A DNA stretch of 63,974 bases, the filler included, from Catajapyx aquilonaris (Eukaryota), in assembly GCA_000934665.2 (NCBI GenBank). It is 3 parts of 3 records of this genome, joined end to end, with 100 filler letters (N's around TTAATTAATTAA, not from the genome) between each part and the next. Parts side by side here need not be neighbours in the genome. Positions count along the whole stretch, not along the records: positions 1 to 21,613 come from JYFJ02006046.1; 2 more parts are not named here. The stretch is one strand, 5' to 3'. A program made the translations under genes and the position numbers. The notes beneath the pieces were generated by a model. The model had not been told where the DNA came from. It was given only the letters and a program-made list of their open reading frames with translations, and searched no databases. Of the stretch, positions 1-12,737 are shown piece by piece; positions within the stretch are counted from its first letter, which is position 1; every line of letters begins with the position of its first letter.

Positions 1-1735
1 AAGGGTTCAATTGGATGTGGGTTTCACATATATTTTTTAAAAAAAAATCGAAGACCATGACTGGGCACCCTCCGTCTGGATTGAAATGGAACCAGCCTTC
101 TATACCTAAAATTGGGTAATGGGGAAAACTCATAATAAATACCGGAGCAAAGAAACTATGGAAAACGAAAATGTTGGTGGGGGAGTGGGGGATGGTGGCG
201 TGGGATCGAAAAATGTGGGGGGAATCAAGGTAGAAGGGATTTGGAGCTGGCAGAGCGGCTCCCGGCAAATGCGCGCGGCCAAAATTCGGATGTTACTGTC
301 GCTCATATCTCGGAAACGGCTGGACGTTGCGAGCTAACACTTTCACCACTGTGTCTATCGCACATGAATGACCCCTCACGCCAGTTTCAACCAAATCGGA
401 GGTTCCCGACCCTGACCGTTCCGTTGTTAGTGTCTTTTTCCCAAGTTTTGTGATTTTCTGTCAGTTTATCATTGTTATTCGGTTTTTGCTCTGGTTTGTG
501 ACCTTATTTAGGCCATTAAAATTTGTCTCTCTCTCTTTGATTTTCTGTAACATTATCCTCCATACATGCACAAAAGTAAAATTTTTGTGCCTGTTTAAGG
601 TTTTTTCCTGCCTAAAATTCTTGGCTTTACTCATAAGCCATTCAAGGTAAACAGATGCCCTTGCTCCCTCCTCCTGCCCTCTGCCTCTAATCTAAAACTC
701 TTCCACCCACTTTACCAACATTTGCTTCATCTCTGGCCTTTTTCTAATCTTGAACTGTAAATCTTGCTCTGAATAATCAAATGGTGTCTGCTGTATTCAG
801 ACTAATCTTCACAGGCCAAGATTTTGTCCGATTTTCTGTAAAAGTGTCAATGTCGAACATTGCTTGCAAATCTTTCACAAAATATATTCTTCCATTGAGG
901 TTGGGTGTGTTTCTTGTGCGATTGTGCCTCTGACATGTGGCCGAATAACTGCTCTGAGCTAGACAGTTCTGCAGCTGGTATGCTGCAGATGTTTTTGCGC
1001 ATTTTTGTTGACCACTCATTGTGAGGTATCCCTTGCTAATATGAACAGTCCTTTCAGCATAATGCCAACTGGACACCGCATGCGGCCGGTTCAATGCTGG
1101 CCTCAGCTCAACAAATGCAATGACAGTGAGGTTGTTGTGTAGGGGTGGATGCTAGAACTAATTTGACGCTGTCTTTCAGGTGGAAGGCTGACTGCATCAT
1201 ATGCATAAGATACGTAGTTTCTGACATGTCATACATGGAGCACATCCAGCACTACTGGTGTCTGATATGTTGCTTGACACCTGCCTCTCTTCACTTCTGC
1301 AAGTGCAGTGGTCTGCCTGGAGGCATCACCTAACAAGATTGGCAAATCAAGTGAGCATGATTCGAGTAGACTTTTTCACATTGCCAAGGAAATTCCAACT
1401 GGACAACAATGACATATAGAGTGTTGTCAGTCTCATTTCTTGTTGCCAAGTATCTCAAGGATTCCCGGCCATAGACTTGACCTTGGCTGAGAGAGTGAAC
1501 CCGGAAAACCGGAAATGGCCGGTGCCCGGAAGTTGACAATGAAACCCGTTTAGGGTCCACTGAATATGAATCTGAAAACCGTTTGTTGCTATCTCATGCA
1601 GTTTAGGCCCTAGTACCTGTCCACGGACAGACTGATGGACAGACGAGGTGTTCTATAAGGCTTTTAGACTTTTTCCAATCGAAAAGAAGTCTTATAGAAT
1701 GGCTCTGTCCATCTGTCTGTGTGTGTGTCTGTCTA

Positions 1736-1908
1736 TGTTGTGTATTGGGGTTGGTAAGAAGGTACTCAGGATGTTGAACTAACAGGTGTATTGTACTATG
1801 TACAAGTGAGAGCTGGGAACAGACCAACTGCTCGGTCTGTTCCTTACATAAGACAACAAGTCACCAGTTGTCTGGCAACTAGTTATACAATAATGACAGG
1901 ACACAACA
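1736..1908 (-). mobile_element. 3' LTR of a Ty3/Gypsy-like retrotransposon (173 bp)
   Basis: Bounded by perfect 8-bp inverted termini TGTTGTGT...ACACAACA. On the minus strand it directly follows a polypurine tract GGGGGGAGGAG (1909-1919), downstream of the end of the pol-like reading frame. No matching 5' LTR seen in the window. Confidence 0.75.
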
Positions 1909-2811
1909 CTCCTCCCCCCAGAACAAAAGGTCAGGAAAACATCTTCCACAAGTTGAACTAGATGTAGTCCTGCAGGTGCTGTGGTCGTCTGATGACCCTT
2001 CCACTCCGGTGTAGCTCTGGAAACGGATGTGTCTCCTCTGCTGATTCTGCCACGGAGTCTGTGGTGTAGTCCTGGATTTCTTCTGCGATGCGGCCCTCTG
2101 CACAACTCGGCTGTTCTTCCGGAAACTGAGACCCATGGAGATCCTCTGGTCGTAGGACGTCCGCTGCTCCTCGCACTGCTGAGTCCGCCCTCTGGACTGC
2201 TTCAGGAGGCCCTTGACGGACATCCGATGTACCCCATACTGGTGTATCACCGTCCTTCTTCCCCAATCTTTAGAGCAGCTGGTCCACATGTCGTCTCCAT
2301 TGTTGTCTTCCTGCAATTTCCACCAGGTAGGATCTGGGACCTGCTGGAGAAATAACCCTCCCTTTGGCCCAATTCCCCCCAGCTGCCTTGTCCTGTGCGT
2401 ACATGAGGGCACCAGCCTCGAATTCACGGGCCTGCCCCCCTTCCCCTATGGCAGCTTGGTGGTCCATGGTCATCTGTCCCGAGTCCATGTCCTTCAGCAC
2501 TTCAGTCAGGTCATTCTTCTTCTTCTCCGTCTTCTTCTTGCTCTTCTCCTTCTGATCTTGCTGATTTAAGGATTCTTCACCATCAGCCGCCAGTGGCTGT
2601 TCGTCAGCTTTCTTCTCACCTATGGTCTTCTCTGGGAAAACTTCCTCTGGTGTGGTCTTCTTCTTGGAAGTGGACTTCTTCGGAGACTGGTCCTCTGGAA
2701 TGCTTGAAAAGCTGACCGTAACTGGGGAAAAGCCTGAAAGAGCTGGCTTTGCCAACACTTGACTACCCCTGACTTGCTCCTGTGCGTCGTCAACTCCATT
2801 CTGCTTTCCCT

Positions 2812-3000
2812 TCTCCTCATGTGCCTGTAGCTGTCCCTTCCAGTCCTCCATGTTGGCCGATAACTCCTGCAGGGCAGAAGTAAGCTGACTGTTGTTGTCC
2901 TTCAGTGCCTGTAGCCCAACCTCCCATTTCTTCATAATGGCTGAGCTTTGTGCCAGTGCAAGCTTTAGACTCATTCTCATGCCTGAACTGAGCTTCCACA
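2812..3000 (-). pseudogene. homer: Captured fragment of a Homer-family gene (C-terminal coiled coil) inside the LTR element
   Basis: Translates as VEAQFRHENE / frameshift / LKLALAQSSAIMKKWEVGLQALKDNNSQLTSALQELSANMEDWKGQLQAHEEK. This matches the recalled arthropod Homer coiled coil (…ENERLKLALAQSSANAKKWE.EL.TLKNNN.RLTSALQESTANV.EWK.QL…). Confidence 0.8.
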
Positions 3001-3564
3001 GAGTGTGGACGGAACTCTCCTCGTGGCTGCTGTCCACCCTCTCTCCTCAACCTTGGTCTAACTTTAGGGCCTGCTTCTGTTGCCCTAGGAGCCACCACTG
3101 TAGGTGAGCCCTCTATTTTGATCCCAAGGGTTGGAACCAGTCGCGGGCCAACACCCATGGTCCACCAGATTTTGCCACCACTAATGGGAGTTGATGTTGC
3201 TGTCCTTTGTAGACAACTTCCACTTTTCAACAGCCCGCAACCTTAACTGATGATGTGACCATGTCCATATTGGAAATCCAGTGGTCGTAGCTCATACTCC
3301 TGATTTGACCACCTCTTCTTGAAGTACGTGTAATCCATGACGCTGCAGGCCGCTCCGGAGTCGACTTTCCTGCGACCATTAAATTCACCTTCATTGGTGC
3401 AGGATGTATTGCCACAGCATCCACATTGAAGATAGTGACAGTATTAACTGCCTCTTCCAACAGTTGGACTGACTTGCTTGTCACTTTTCCCGAGTCTAGC
3501 CCATAGCCCTTACCCTAAAAGGGCTCCGCCCTAGCATGGGGTTGAATAAATAAAATAAAATTAA

Positions 3565-3800
3565 AATAAAACCTCCAGGGAGACTGCACATGCACATACC
3601 CATTGTCTGACATTGCACCTGCACCCGTGTCGCCTCCCCAAAAAATCCCCATCCCTACCTCATGTCCTTTCTTCCCTGCACGGAGTTTGAAGAAAATGCG
3701 AAAATTGAATGGAAAAATATGGTGGTGTTTCACCCCCCTAAGAGGGCCCCTGGCCCTTACACAGGGTAATACAAAAATAATAATAATAATAATAAAATAT
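3565..3800 (+). mobile_element. Dispersed retroposon 3' end (SINE/LINE tail), copy 1
   Basis: AACCTCCAGGGA(G/C)ACTGCACATG...GGAAAAA(TA)TGGTGGTGTT(T/C)CACCCCCCTAA... followed by an A/TAA-rich tail. Similar to 56175-56380, and its 3' end to 52602-52680. Confidence 0.55.
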
Positions 3801-3864
3801 TTGTTTTCAGGTCAACTTAAAATACAGCAGGCTTGCACCAAGGATTAGTAATGAACATAATATA

Positions 3865-4296
3865 CAGGGTGAATCCGATCTTCACCGACACCCATGTACC
3901 AATGGCATAATGGGCACCAGGGGATCAATTATTATTAATGTAGACTGTAGAGGAGTCATTATGTCTGGGCAGCCTCATTACTGAGATAATTGATCATTTG
4001 CGATTTAGCAATTGGGCCTAAGAGTGATTGTCACAGATTGTCACAAATTGTCACAGATCACATGCGACATGCAGTACACATGCGACATGCTAGTAGCTAA
4101 ATGGAAAAGCTGCTATTTTCACGAGTGATGCGATGTCGGGGCTGAAGGTTTCCATACCTCCCAGGAAACTTTGTACTACGTGTTTGAAGGCAATTATCTC
4201 CGTAATGAGGTGGCCGAGACATGATGACTCCTCTACATTAATTGATCCCCTGGTGCCCATTATGCCGGTATGTCGGTGGAGATCGGATTCACCCTG
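3865..4296. mobile_element. Tc1/mariner-type MITE with long inverted arms
   Basis: TA-CAGGGTGAATCCGATCT...AGATCGGATTCACCCTG termini. Inner inverted repeat TGTAGAGGAGTCATTATGTCTGGGCAGCCTCATTACTGAGATAATTG. Core shared with 46583-47001. Confidence 0.8.
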
Positions 4297-4984
4297 AATA
4301 TCGTCAGGAGCCCCAATCATTGGAATGACACAAGACAATCACTTTCTCTCCAGCCAACAATTTAGACAATGCAGCCCCAGTCAAGATGGTTTGGATTGCA
4401 TGCAGATGAGACCCATTTTGTTGAAGACTTGTGTACCTTTTAATCCTGCAGTGGGCATTTTTGACATGGAACTGACTATGCCAGCTCATGCTCTGCAGTT
4501 TGTTGAGGACTTGGATGTTTCACATAGTAGTGTGACAAGGTGGAAATAAAGAGTCTAGGAGCCGGGAGCTGACAACTACTGCTTAATTTAGCTTGCACTT
4601 AATCCAGAAGTCACGGGCGCTTGGTGTCATGATTGACCAGGTGTAGATTCGGCTTGGCTTTGCCACACGGTGCTGCTGTGTCTCACTGCGCTGGATCAAG
4701 TCGGGCTGGGAATGTGACTGCCACCATAGAGTCCATAGTAGTAACATATGCGGGTTTACTCAGACTCCTTGGGTGGATTGGGAAGACAAGAGTTTAAACT
4801 ACGGCTCAGTTAGATAGGCTAGCGGTTTAAACTGGGGTGCTTGCAAAGACGAGGTTTAGCCCAATGTTTAGCCTGGAGACAGGTTTAAACCGCAGCTCAA
4901 TTAGATACCGGTTTAAACTGGCCACGTCTTTGCAATCCACCCGTCCTCTCTCCAATCCATTTCCAACCCTCACACTATTCACCC

Positions 4985-5100
4985 CATAGTGTTGTGGGCA
5001 CAAAGTGTACTGAGAAATGGGGCAGCCAATGTACACTTGGGTTGGGTCAAGGCACATGTGGGTGTCTTGGTTATGGTAATGAGGAAGCAAAGACTGCCAC
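4985..5100 (+). mobile_element. LINE RNase H remnant
   Basis: Translates as NVHLGWVKAHVGV..G(Y)GNEEAK, the WVK(A/G)H.G..GNE.AD motif of non-LTR RNase H; frameshifted. Confidence 0.55.
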
Positions 5101-6660
5101 CTTGCTTTCAGGGATGCCATTTCTTTGCGGAGTCCTTCACCCAGATCCACCCCCAGGTGAGAGTGGCCACTCTGGTTGCCTGGCAGGAAGGATGAGATCG
5201 CTGCATGGGCAAGTGGTATCATGGGTTTCTTCCCACCATATCCCAGTAGCAGCATATTCACGGACATGTCGCTAGAATCATCTCCAGTCATGGTCCTTTT
5301 TGGGCCTATCTCTTCCGCTTTGGATTGCTGGATGCCGAACACGAGGGCACTGCTCAATGTTCTTGCCGACATGGGATTCAAGATGCTGCACATGTCCTCT
5401 GGATCTGCACCATACCGCAAGTGCTGCCTGCCTGTCATCACCTTTGACGTGTGGTGGTGTCTAAGGGTCTTAGTTGCTCTTGCTCCTAACCAGCCCTGAC
5501 AACTTTTGTTCATCTTGAATTTAATTCGTTTTGCCTAAGAGTCAATGAATTTCAAGTCCAGCTTAATGCCTGAGATCAGTGAGATGTGAATGGGGCTAGA
5601 ACTAGTAAGAGAAGGCAAAGATCAATGGAAGCAAAAGAGCAGAAGATGAGACCTGGGTATTTGTATGAATAAATCTGAAGCTGGAGGGGGAGGACAAAGA
5701 GGATGGTAGTAAGACAGAGGATGATACACTGACGGTCCCTAATAGCTGCATGTATGATTCTGGAGCTTGATGAAGAAGTAGCATGAGATGGAAGAAGAAG
5801 GCCTGCGACATTATATTGGTCTCTGATGTACTGGTAGCATGACTAGGGTGGCAGATACTAGTGGCCCTGGTGTCATGGCGCAGACTGCTGGTGACATGAA
5901 ATGTTTCTGACGAGTTCATGGCCTTGGTGTAATGATTTTTGTTGTGATTAATAATGAATAGCGGGGCATACATTGGGCTGTAGGACCTGAATGGTTGGGT
6001 CAGCTCAAAGGGGACTGGGGATCGAAGGGGCTGCCTCTGGCTGGGTGCAGGGCGTTTGGGACTCACATCTCATAAGGAACTTGTTCTGGTGTATAACATT
6101 TTTTTGCGTTGTTGTTATTCCACAGAGTGCTTGTTGGACCTAGTTTTATGAGCATCATCTGATAAAACTATGCCAAAATCTTCACACAGATGACGGATGC
6201 GTGTCAATATGTGTGGCAGGAGTGATTTTAAATTTCGCGCTCATCCGCCATATTACACCTGGCTACATCGCTGCCACGTTTCATCCCACACTTTTAATGA
6301 ACTTTTACAAGCTTATTATCAGTGGAACATGATATTCAAAATTGTCATTTTAAAGGACAACCAAATACAGTATAAGTTCAACAAATGTCCAATGTGAGAG
6401 GTGTAAAAGTTATGCTGTCAACCCTGCAGCTCCGGAAAGCTTCCGTTTGTTTAATGCTCGCGTGGCCGGATAAAAATTTCGAGGGAGCCGTATCCAAACC
6501 GATCCGAGAAAGGGAAGAAGATGGGGATGTTTGAAGGTAATTAGGCCAGCTCCTGGAGCTCATATCTTGTGGATTGATATGGGGGAAGTCCTGGGAGGTA
6601 TAATGACTAAGAAACGATGTTGTAAGGTAAGGGCGATTGGATTATGCTGAAAGGAACAAG

Positions 6661-8399
6661 CAGGGCCCTGCAGAGGGGGGGGCAGCTGGGTACACTTGCC
6701 CCGGGCCTCAGTACGGCCAGGGGGCCCCGCCAGGGGCCCCAGGCCAGAATTATTCAACCAGCCGACAGAAACTTACTGGGAAAAATACCCAATCCCAATG
6801 GCGTCTTAACATATTAGGGCCGAATCATTTCTGGAGGCCCCATTTCAATAGTGACTTATAATTCACAAATTTTGGCAATAATAATAATAACAAGCCAATT
6901 TGGGGCCCCTATTTAGGTTGGGGACTCGGGGCCCTATAATTCAATACCGGCTCTTAAATGGCAATTTTTTCCAATAGAAATTCGACAATTTGGGGCCCCC
7001 TGTTTCAGTCGGGGGCTATTGGACCCTCTCCATATGCAAGGATTCGATCAGACATTCAGACTTGTCCAAACACTCACTAATTCTCTCACCCTGAAAATGC
7101 AACCACTCAAGATGTGGGGAAAAGGAAAAGGGCTTGCCTACATAGAGTACAGTTCTATTTAAAGGGGAACCTAGCCGAAATTTTGAAGGCCTTAAAATGA
7201 GCCCTTGGCGAATATTGTTTTTGGTTAGTAAAAGTGGTCAAAACCCAATGAACATAATTACGTACATCAAAAGACGGAGGAAGACGAGGAGAATGCAACA
7301 ATAGAATTAGCTTTACTCAAATATTTAACCAGAAAACCTTGTGTCATTTCATCGGTCACATATCTCATAATTTGGGCCCCCCAAAATTAGTGATGAATCT
7401 GCAAAACATCCCTCATCTTTTACCTGGTTTCAAATTGAACATAACCTTAAACCTTAGAGCTTATTGTGGTCAAAACTCATGTCACGAAATATGACTGAAG
7501 TTACGCAAACACATCACTAATAATAATTATTATCGGAGTCCAAGTTCTTGGACATGTCACTGAGCATGTGATGAATATAGAACGAATGGCACACGTTTTT
7601 CTGCTTACATTTTTGAGGAGAATGTGTTAATTTCATAGTTCCATTTTCTAGTCTTTTTACTTCATTTGTTTACTGGGTTTTGACCATCCAATTCCACTAA
7701 CCGAAAATGTTCTTCCAAAAAAGGCCCCAATTTAGCAATTTCCCAAATTCGCGAATTTATCCCTCCTCACGGTATTGAGCAATATGGATGAAACTTGATA
7801 TTTAGCATTATGGAATGGTTGTGCACTTCTGTGTTTATTTCCACCAAAATCCGAGAGGGTCAAGCAATATTTCGTCCCACTTGATTCGGAATGACCCCAA
7901 GATTTTTTCGAGGACTTTGGTTCTTTGACAGCCACAATTAATGTTGAAGACAAAATTCAGACAGAGTGATAGGTCATTATGAGTTACCACTCTTACCAGT
8001 GACCTAAGGAAGATACAAATGGCGATTAATTTCCAAGAACAAAAATGTTGATTTTTGCTACATATTGTAATTATTATAAATGCCTCCTGTCGGGCATAAA
8101 AACCCCTAATTAATTAAGATACTATGTGTGCAAGAGGAGCCATGACATTGCAATAGTAGGGCCTCGGTTCCCCAACACCCTATTTGTGTGCATTTATACT
8201 GTAGCCCTTTTCCTCTTTTCCACATCTCGACTGGCTGCATTTCCAGGGGGTGCATATTGTTCTGTGCTTGTGCAAGTGAAATCAGTTGGCTACCTACTGG
8301 CGCATCTCATTGACTGACTTTGTACATTTTATGTCATTATAAGAAGGGGCCTCTAACATGATCCTGCCCCGGGCCTCAGACAAGCTCTGCAGGGCCCTG
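6661..8399. mobile_element. Non-autonomous hAT DNA transposon
   Basis: 15-bp TIRs CAGGGCCCTGCAGAG / CTCTGCAGGGCCCTG, exact 8-bp target-site duplication GGAACAAG (6653-6660 and 8400-8407), subterminal GGGGCCC/TGCCCCGGGCCTCAG repeats. Internal inverted repeat at ~7220-7255 / 7667-7708. Confidence 0.9.
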
Positions 8400-8574
8400 G
8401 GAACAAGTAAGATACTGTACATACTTTATAGTGGAATAGTTGGGGTTATTCTAGTTTGAAGAAACTGAGTAGGTAATAAGAACTACTTCTCAGGGCTTAC
8501 TGTAGCATACAGTTCTACACAATTTGTGCAGTTCTAAAAGCCAAATGTGCATCAGTTCTAAATAAGGATTTGTG

Positions 8575-8865
8575 ACCGAAGCAGTAGTGGTGTAGTGGTA
8601 TGGTGTCCGACTGCTAATCGGGAGGTCCTGGGTTCGAATCCCGGAGGCCGGCGACCCTGATCATGGTTTTCCGTGGTTTCCCATGGTCATCGCAGGATAA
8701 TTCCGGGGTCGTTACCGTAATTATAGGCCACAGCCGCTTTCTTCCTTACCTATCCTTGCCTCAATTCCGATGAAAAATTATAGTAAAGATGGAAAGAGTT
8801 CCAGACAAAAAAATTGGGAGAAATCCCCCCCCCCCCTAATAAAGCCTAAAGGGCTGATAATGGGG

Positions 8866-8926
<61 letters not shown>

Positions 8927-8932
8927 TATTAT
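8575..8932 (+). mobile_element. tRNA-derived SINE with (ATT)n tail
   Basis: Box A TGGTGTAGTGG, box B GGTTCGAATCC, body GGTTTTCCGTGGTTTCCC...AGGCCACAGCCGCTTTCTTCC, (ATT)n tail, 16-bp TSD TAAATAAGGATTTGTG (8559-8574 / 8933-8948). Confidence 0.9.
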
Positions 8933-9599
8933 TAAATAAGGATTTGTGCAGTCAGATAATAGCAGACAAGTCTGTTATATCTGGATTCAACTGCACTTGT
9001 ACATTGGCACTGCTGGAAATATGAAGGGACTGATCTTTCTATACTTGCTTATATCCGGTGCTTACACTGTACTCTGTTAGTTACAATCACCTAAGCTTGT
9101 GTGACCTTGAACCCCCCCCCCCCCCTATATATATATATATATATAAAAATCCGCCTGTGGCGGGCTTACTGGCACTTTGCTCATTTGCCCTATTACAAGT
9201 TGAACATGCCTTTATCTGGTTCTACAAATTCATTAGAATAAGCTCTGGTACTTACTGGACTACTTACTAGTAGTGAAGTAGTCGTAGTGCCTAGATGCGG
9301 GGGAGGGGGGGGGGGAGGTGCGATATCTGAAATTACTTTCCAGGGGGGCCTGATGTGGCAGAGGTTGAGAACCGCTGCCTTAGTGTATCAAAATATGTTG
9401 CAGTATTTGTGATTTCCATGAACATAAACATGTGCAGTGAAGGACCCGACGGGTTAGTCACGTGTGGAGTCCTCTATGCACCGAGACTGAAGTCCTTGAA
9501 GTCTGGCCGAAATCCGTGAAGTCGGTCGTACACTATAGTAGGAAGTGACTAACCTTCAGAAGGACCTCATGAGAGTAATCAGAATCCAACCTAATGGAC

Positions 9600-9860
9600 T
9601 TAGGGTGGGAAGAAAGTGTGTTGGGAGCTTCAGGTAAAATTCACAGTAACTAAGACCTTAACTTGGAACACACTCTAATGTATTGACTTTTCACTGAACT
9701 TGCTCCCAAATTTGTGGGTACCTTTGTCTCATACCTGTTAGGAATTTTGTGCATGATCTGTTGGCTTCAACCCTCCTCGCTGCTCCATACCAGCATGATA
9801 TACTTAATGGATGACCCTCACGGTAATTTCCATGTTGGTTGCAAAGTTTTGGGATCATAT
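9600..9860 (+). mobile_element. Degenerate Gypsy integrase C-terminal (GPY/F) fragment
   Basis: Short translated motifs ELAPKFVGTF and IYLMDDPHGNFHVG resemble KL.P.F.GPF ... Y.L ... FHV; heavily decayed. Confidence 0.3.
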
Positions 9861-10610
9861 GATGGTAGGGATGAGTTGGTTATCATATGCCCTCACACCA
9901 CTCCATTGATAACATCATGCTGTATACATTGCTCAGTGCTGTTGCATTCATAATTGGTTTTCCTCAAGGAATGTATCCCTTGTCATGTGCTGCGATATGT
10001 GGCAGAGGTGGTGATAGTACTCACTCTCCTAGCATGTTATTTCTAACTCAAAAGGGAGGAGGACGTCCACCCACCTAATCCCCAGTGCTGTGCAATAGTG
10101 TTGCAACTGTTGCCATTGTGAGTCACATGGACCGTGCGACAGGCCTTTCTGCCTGGCAATATACGTGATGCACTACCTCATGATGAGGGCCATTAGGGGA
10201 GTCTCTTAAAAGTGCTTTATTTGATGCAAACTTTGTTATCAAGTTGCAGTTGTCACACTAGGATTAGGAGGGCAAAGTCTTGCTAGTAGGGGATTGCACA
10301 TCTGGATACACAGTGTGTTGGGATCAAGCTAGAGAAGGAAGATTTAAGAAAATACCAAGTTTAATGATCGGTTGGTCAAAACAAGATTATGCACCTACCT
10401 TCCTGGAAATGACGTCAGGTTTCACTAGTGGCCACAAGCCCTACACTTAGCAATGTGGTCATTACTGCCCATCACCCTTACAGTGGTGTCTACAGCTTCC
10501 TTGGGTTCTCCTCGGCTGGTGGGCTCCTTGTCCTAGCTGAGGTCACAGAAGCCTCCTACTGTATCCTACCATCTTCAACCTTGTTCCCTCTTCCTCTCCA
10601 ACTGTTACTT

Positions 10611-11530
10611 CAGGGTGGTGCATATTTATGTATATGACGTGTCGCGGCTGTAGCATTTAAAGTACTGCAGGAAAGGCATCGAAAGTGGTATGACTGTGTG
10701 GCCTGAGAGTGGGAGTAATGATGTGCTGCACTGGGAAACCCCTGCATTGTTGTGATACAGAATGGCAACGAATAGATTGTCACTGGACCAATGCCTACAT
10801 TATGTACCATGTAACATGTAACCATCAACTTATGCCAAGGTGAAACGAAGGATGGCAGCTGATTATGAGTTTGGAGGGAGGTGGCCCAAGTGTGCTATCC
10901 ATTGCAAGGGTAAACACAAATTTCGACACGTGAGCCACTGGTTTGCAAGAGAAGGGAGCAGGTAGGCCAAGAAGTGTTGCATACTGATGACAACAGAGCT
11001 CTTGTAGTGAATGCCTTTCAAAGTTCCCTTGAAAAGCCAAAATCACAGCATCGTGTGTCCAAACCACGGTCCAAACAGTTGAACGTTCCTCGCAGAACAC
11101 TGCTGAGAATAATGAAGGACCTTGTACTTAAACACTTCCCCACTAAATCATACCGGTGCAGTGTTTAATGAAACATTCCTGCAATGCTGGATCAGCATCA
11201 TGGTCCTGTGGAATGGCCAGCTCCGTCGCCTGATTTGACACCAGAGTTTTTCCTCGGGGGTTACTTAAAGGACATGGTGTACCTGTACCTACATCACATC
11301 AACAATTTGGCAGCGCTAGGTGCAGCTAGCACTGGCAAATTTGACAGGATATACCAATACAGATGTGCCTATAAGCTGCCTGTGACAATGTTGCTTTTTG
11401 TCTTCAGGTGTGTATCAATCTGGATGGCGCATTGGTGGACCATGCCATGGAGAACAGGGGATGAGAAAACATTTCAGGTTCTTAATGGTCATGTTTCAAA
11501 ATGTTACTTGACAATAACATATAGGTAGTT
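10611..11530 (+). mobile_element. Degenerate Tc1/mariner-superfamily transposase
   Basis: CAGGGTG start; translated motifs GAGRPRS, LNVPRRTLLRIMKDL (HTH) and GPVEWPAPSPDLTP-EFFLGGYLKDMVY (catalytic WPPRSPDL motif); frameshifts and deletions. Confidence 0.75.
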
Positions 11531-12449
11531 TCCTGACAATAATACTACGGCTTCAGTCATATACCATAAATATGCGCGACCCAGTCTTCTAATGCTGCTG
11601 CTTCTCCTGTAACCACCTATCACTCTTGGGCTGCCTGCTCTCAGCTTATAAATATTGATTGCCATTATCTCTTTATTGGCGCATTGCCCAGAAATGCATG
11701 GGAAGTATGTTTTGAAATGTGCCTGAATATGACACTATCACCCATTCCTAATTATGGTTGGAGGGATGGCATATTGTGTGAATGTGACAGTAAAATTGAA
11801 TGCGGAATGGGGGTAAGGTGATATTTCTGCATATAGCGATCTATTCTACATCCTCACTTAGACCTTCCTTATCAATGGATCACACTCACTGTCAGTATGG
11901 ATTGTATATTAATTAGACAGACAACATACCTGACTCCTTCCCCACCATTCCATCCTAAATTAAAACTTGTGATGTGATGAATATGTTACTTTTAAAACAT
12001 TCCCCTAACTGCCATCATCACTAGGTAATTCATCATCACTTGTATGAGGCAGACCCCAGACAGTGAAACCTGTCATGTGGTCCTTATCATTGCTCACAAC
12101 AATGGCAAAAGTCGCAGCAATATTGGACAGCACAAGGGATTAGGCAGATGGGCGTCTGCTTCTCTTTTGAGTTTGAAATCATGTGATGGCAGGCTGAGGA
12201 CTGCCACCACTTCTGCCAGAAAAGGGATCAATTCTAGCATCCTTGAGGGAATCTTATTATGAACAGCAATGTATCACACGGTATCTGATAACCTGTAGGC
12301 TAAATATCCTTCCTACATTGTTATTGTATGGTAGGTCTATGTGTTTAGGTGTGATATTGATTGAGGAGCATTATGAAGTTTTTTGCCTGTTTCATATTGG
12401 TGGAAAATATTATATACCATTATCATCACACTTGCATTTAAATTCACAG

Positions 12450-12658
12450 ATGTGGTGGAGACGTGTTCACAGCTACACTCCCGAAACAACACCCTCGTCA
12501 ACACCCTGAAACAGGCACGCAGTGAAAAGCGTGAGCTCCAGAAAGTAGTAGCCAGGTTGAGGGCTGAAAACAATGAGCTACGGACGGAACATTATTTCCT
12601 ACGGAAGGAATTGATTAATGCCCGGCAGACACACCAGATTGAGATTGAGGAAATTGCA
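12450..12658 (+). CDS. Coiled-coil exon of an unknown, possibly Shugoshin-like gene (visible exon 1)
   Basis: Acceptor ttcacag|AT and donor GCA|gtaagt. Encodes DVVETCSQLHSRNNTLVNTLKQARSEKRELQKVVARLRAENNELRTEHYFLRKELINARQTHQIEIEEIA; phase 0 joins 17147. Confidence 0.6.
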
Positions 12659-12737
12659 GTAAGTATTGCACAACTGTAGTTTTAAACTTCATGCTAACAT
12701 TTTTTAAAATTGGCTCCGCCATAGATGTCTTCAATCA

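Larger units (their letters stand above)
1736..3484 (-). mobile_element. Internally deleted, non-autonomous Ty3/Gypsy-like (K02A2.6-type) LTR retrotransposon
   Basis: Protease-like remnants (PMKVNLMVAGKS at ~3360-3400; VAKSGGPWVLARDWFQPLG at ~3120-3180). Integrase C-terminal tail REFEAGALMYAQD..WAKGRVISPAGPRSYLVEIAGRQQWRRHVDQLL (~2270-2430) and terminal LHRSGRVIRRPQHLQDYI, then PPT and LTR. No RT, RNase H or integrase core visible. Confidence 0.75.

Noticed and set aside
240..430. CpG-rich patch with an E2F-like GCGCGGCCAAAA as a possible promoter
   Set aside because: The surrounding ATATCTCGGAAACGGCT...CCAAATCGGA pattern is typical of non-autonomous DNA/Helitron-type repeats, and no linked first exon was found.
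4827..6066. 228-aa and 154-aa minus-strand ORFs
   Set aside because: No recognisable domain; they overlap decayed LINE-like sequence and are probably chance ORFs.
8581..8650. tRNA-like sequences here and at 12738, 18557 and 50188
   Set aside because: A/B boxes are followed by SINE bodies, simple-repeat tails and, for this copy, a TSD. They are SINE heads, not tRNA genes.
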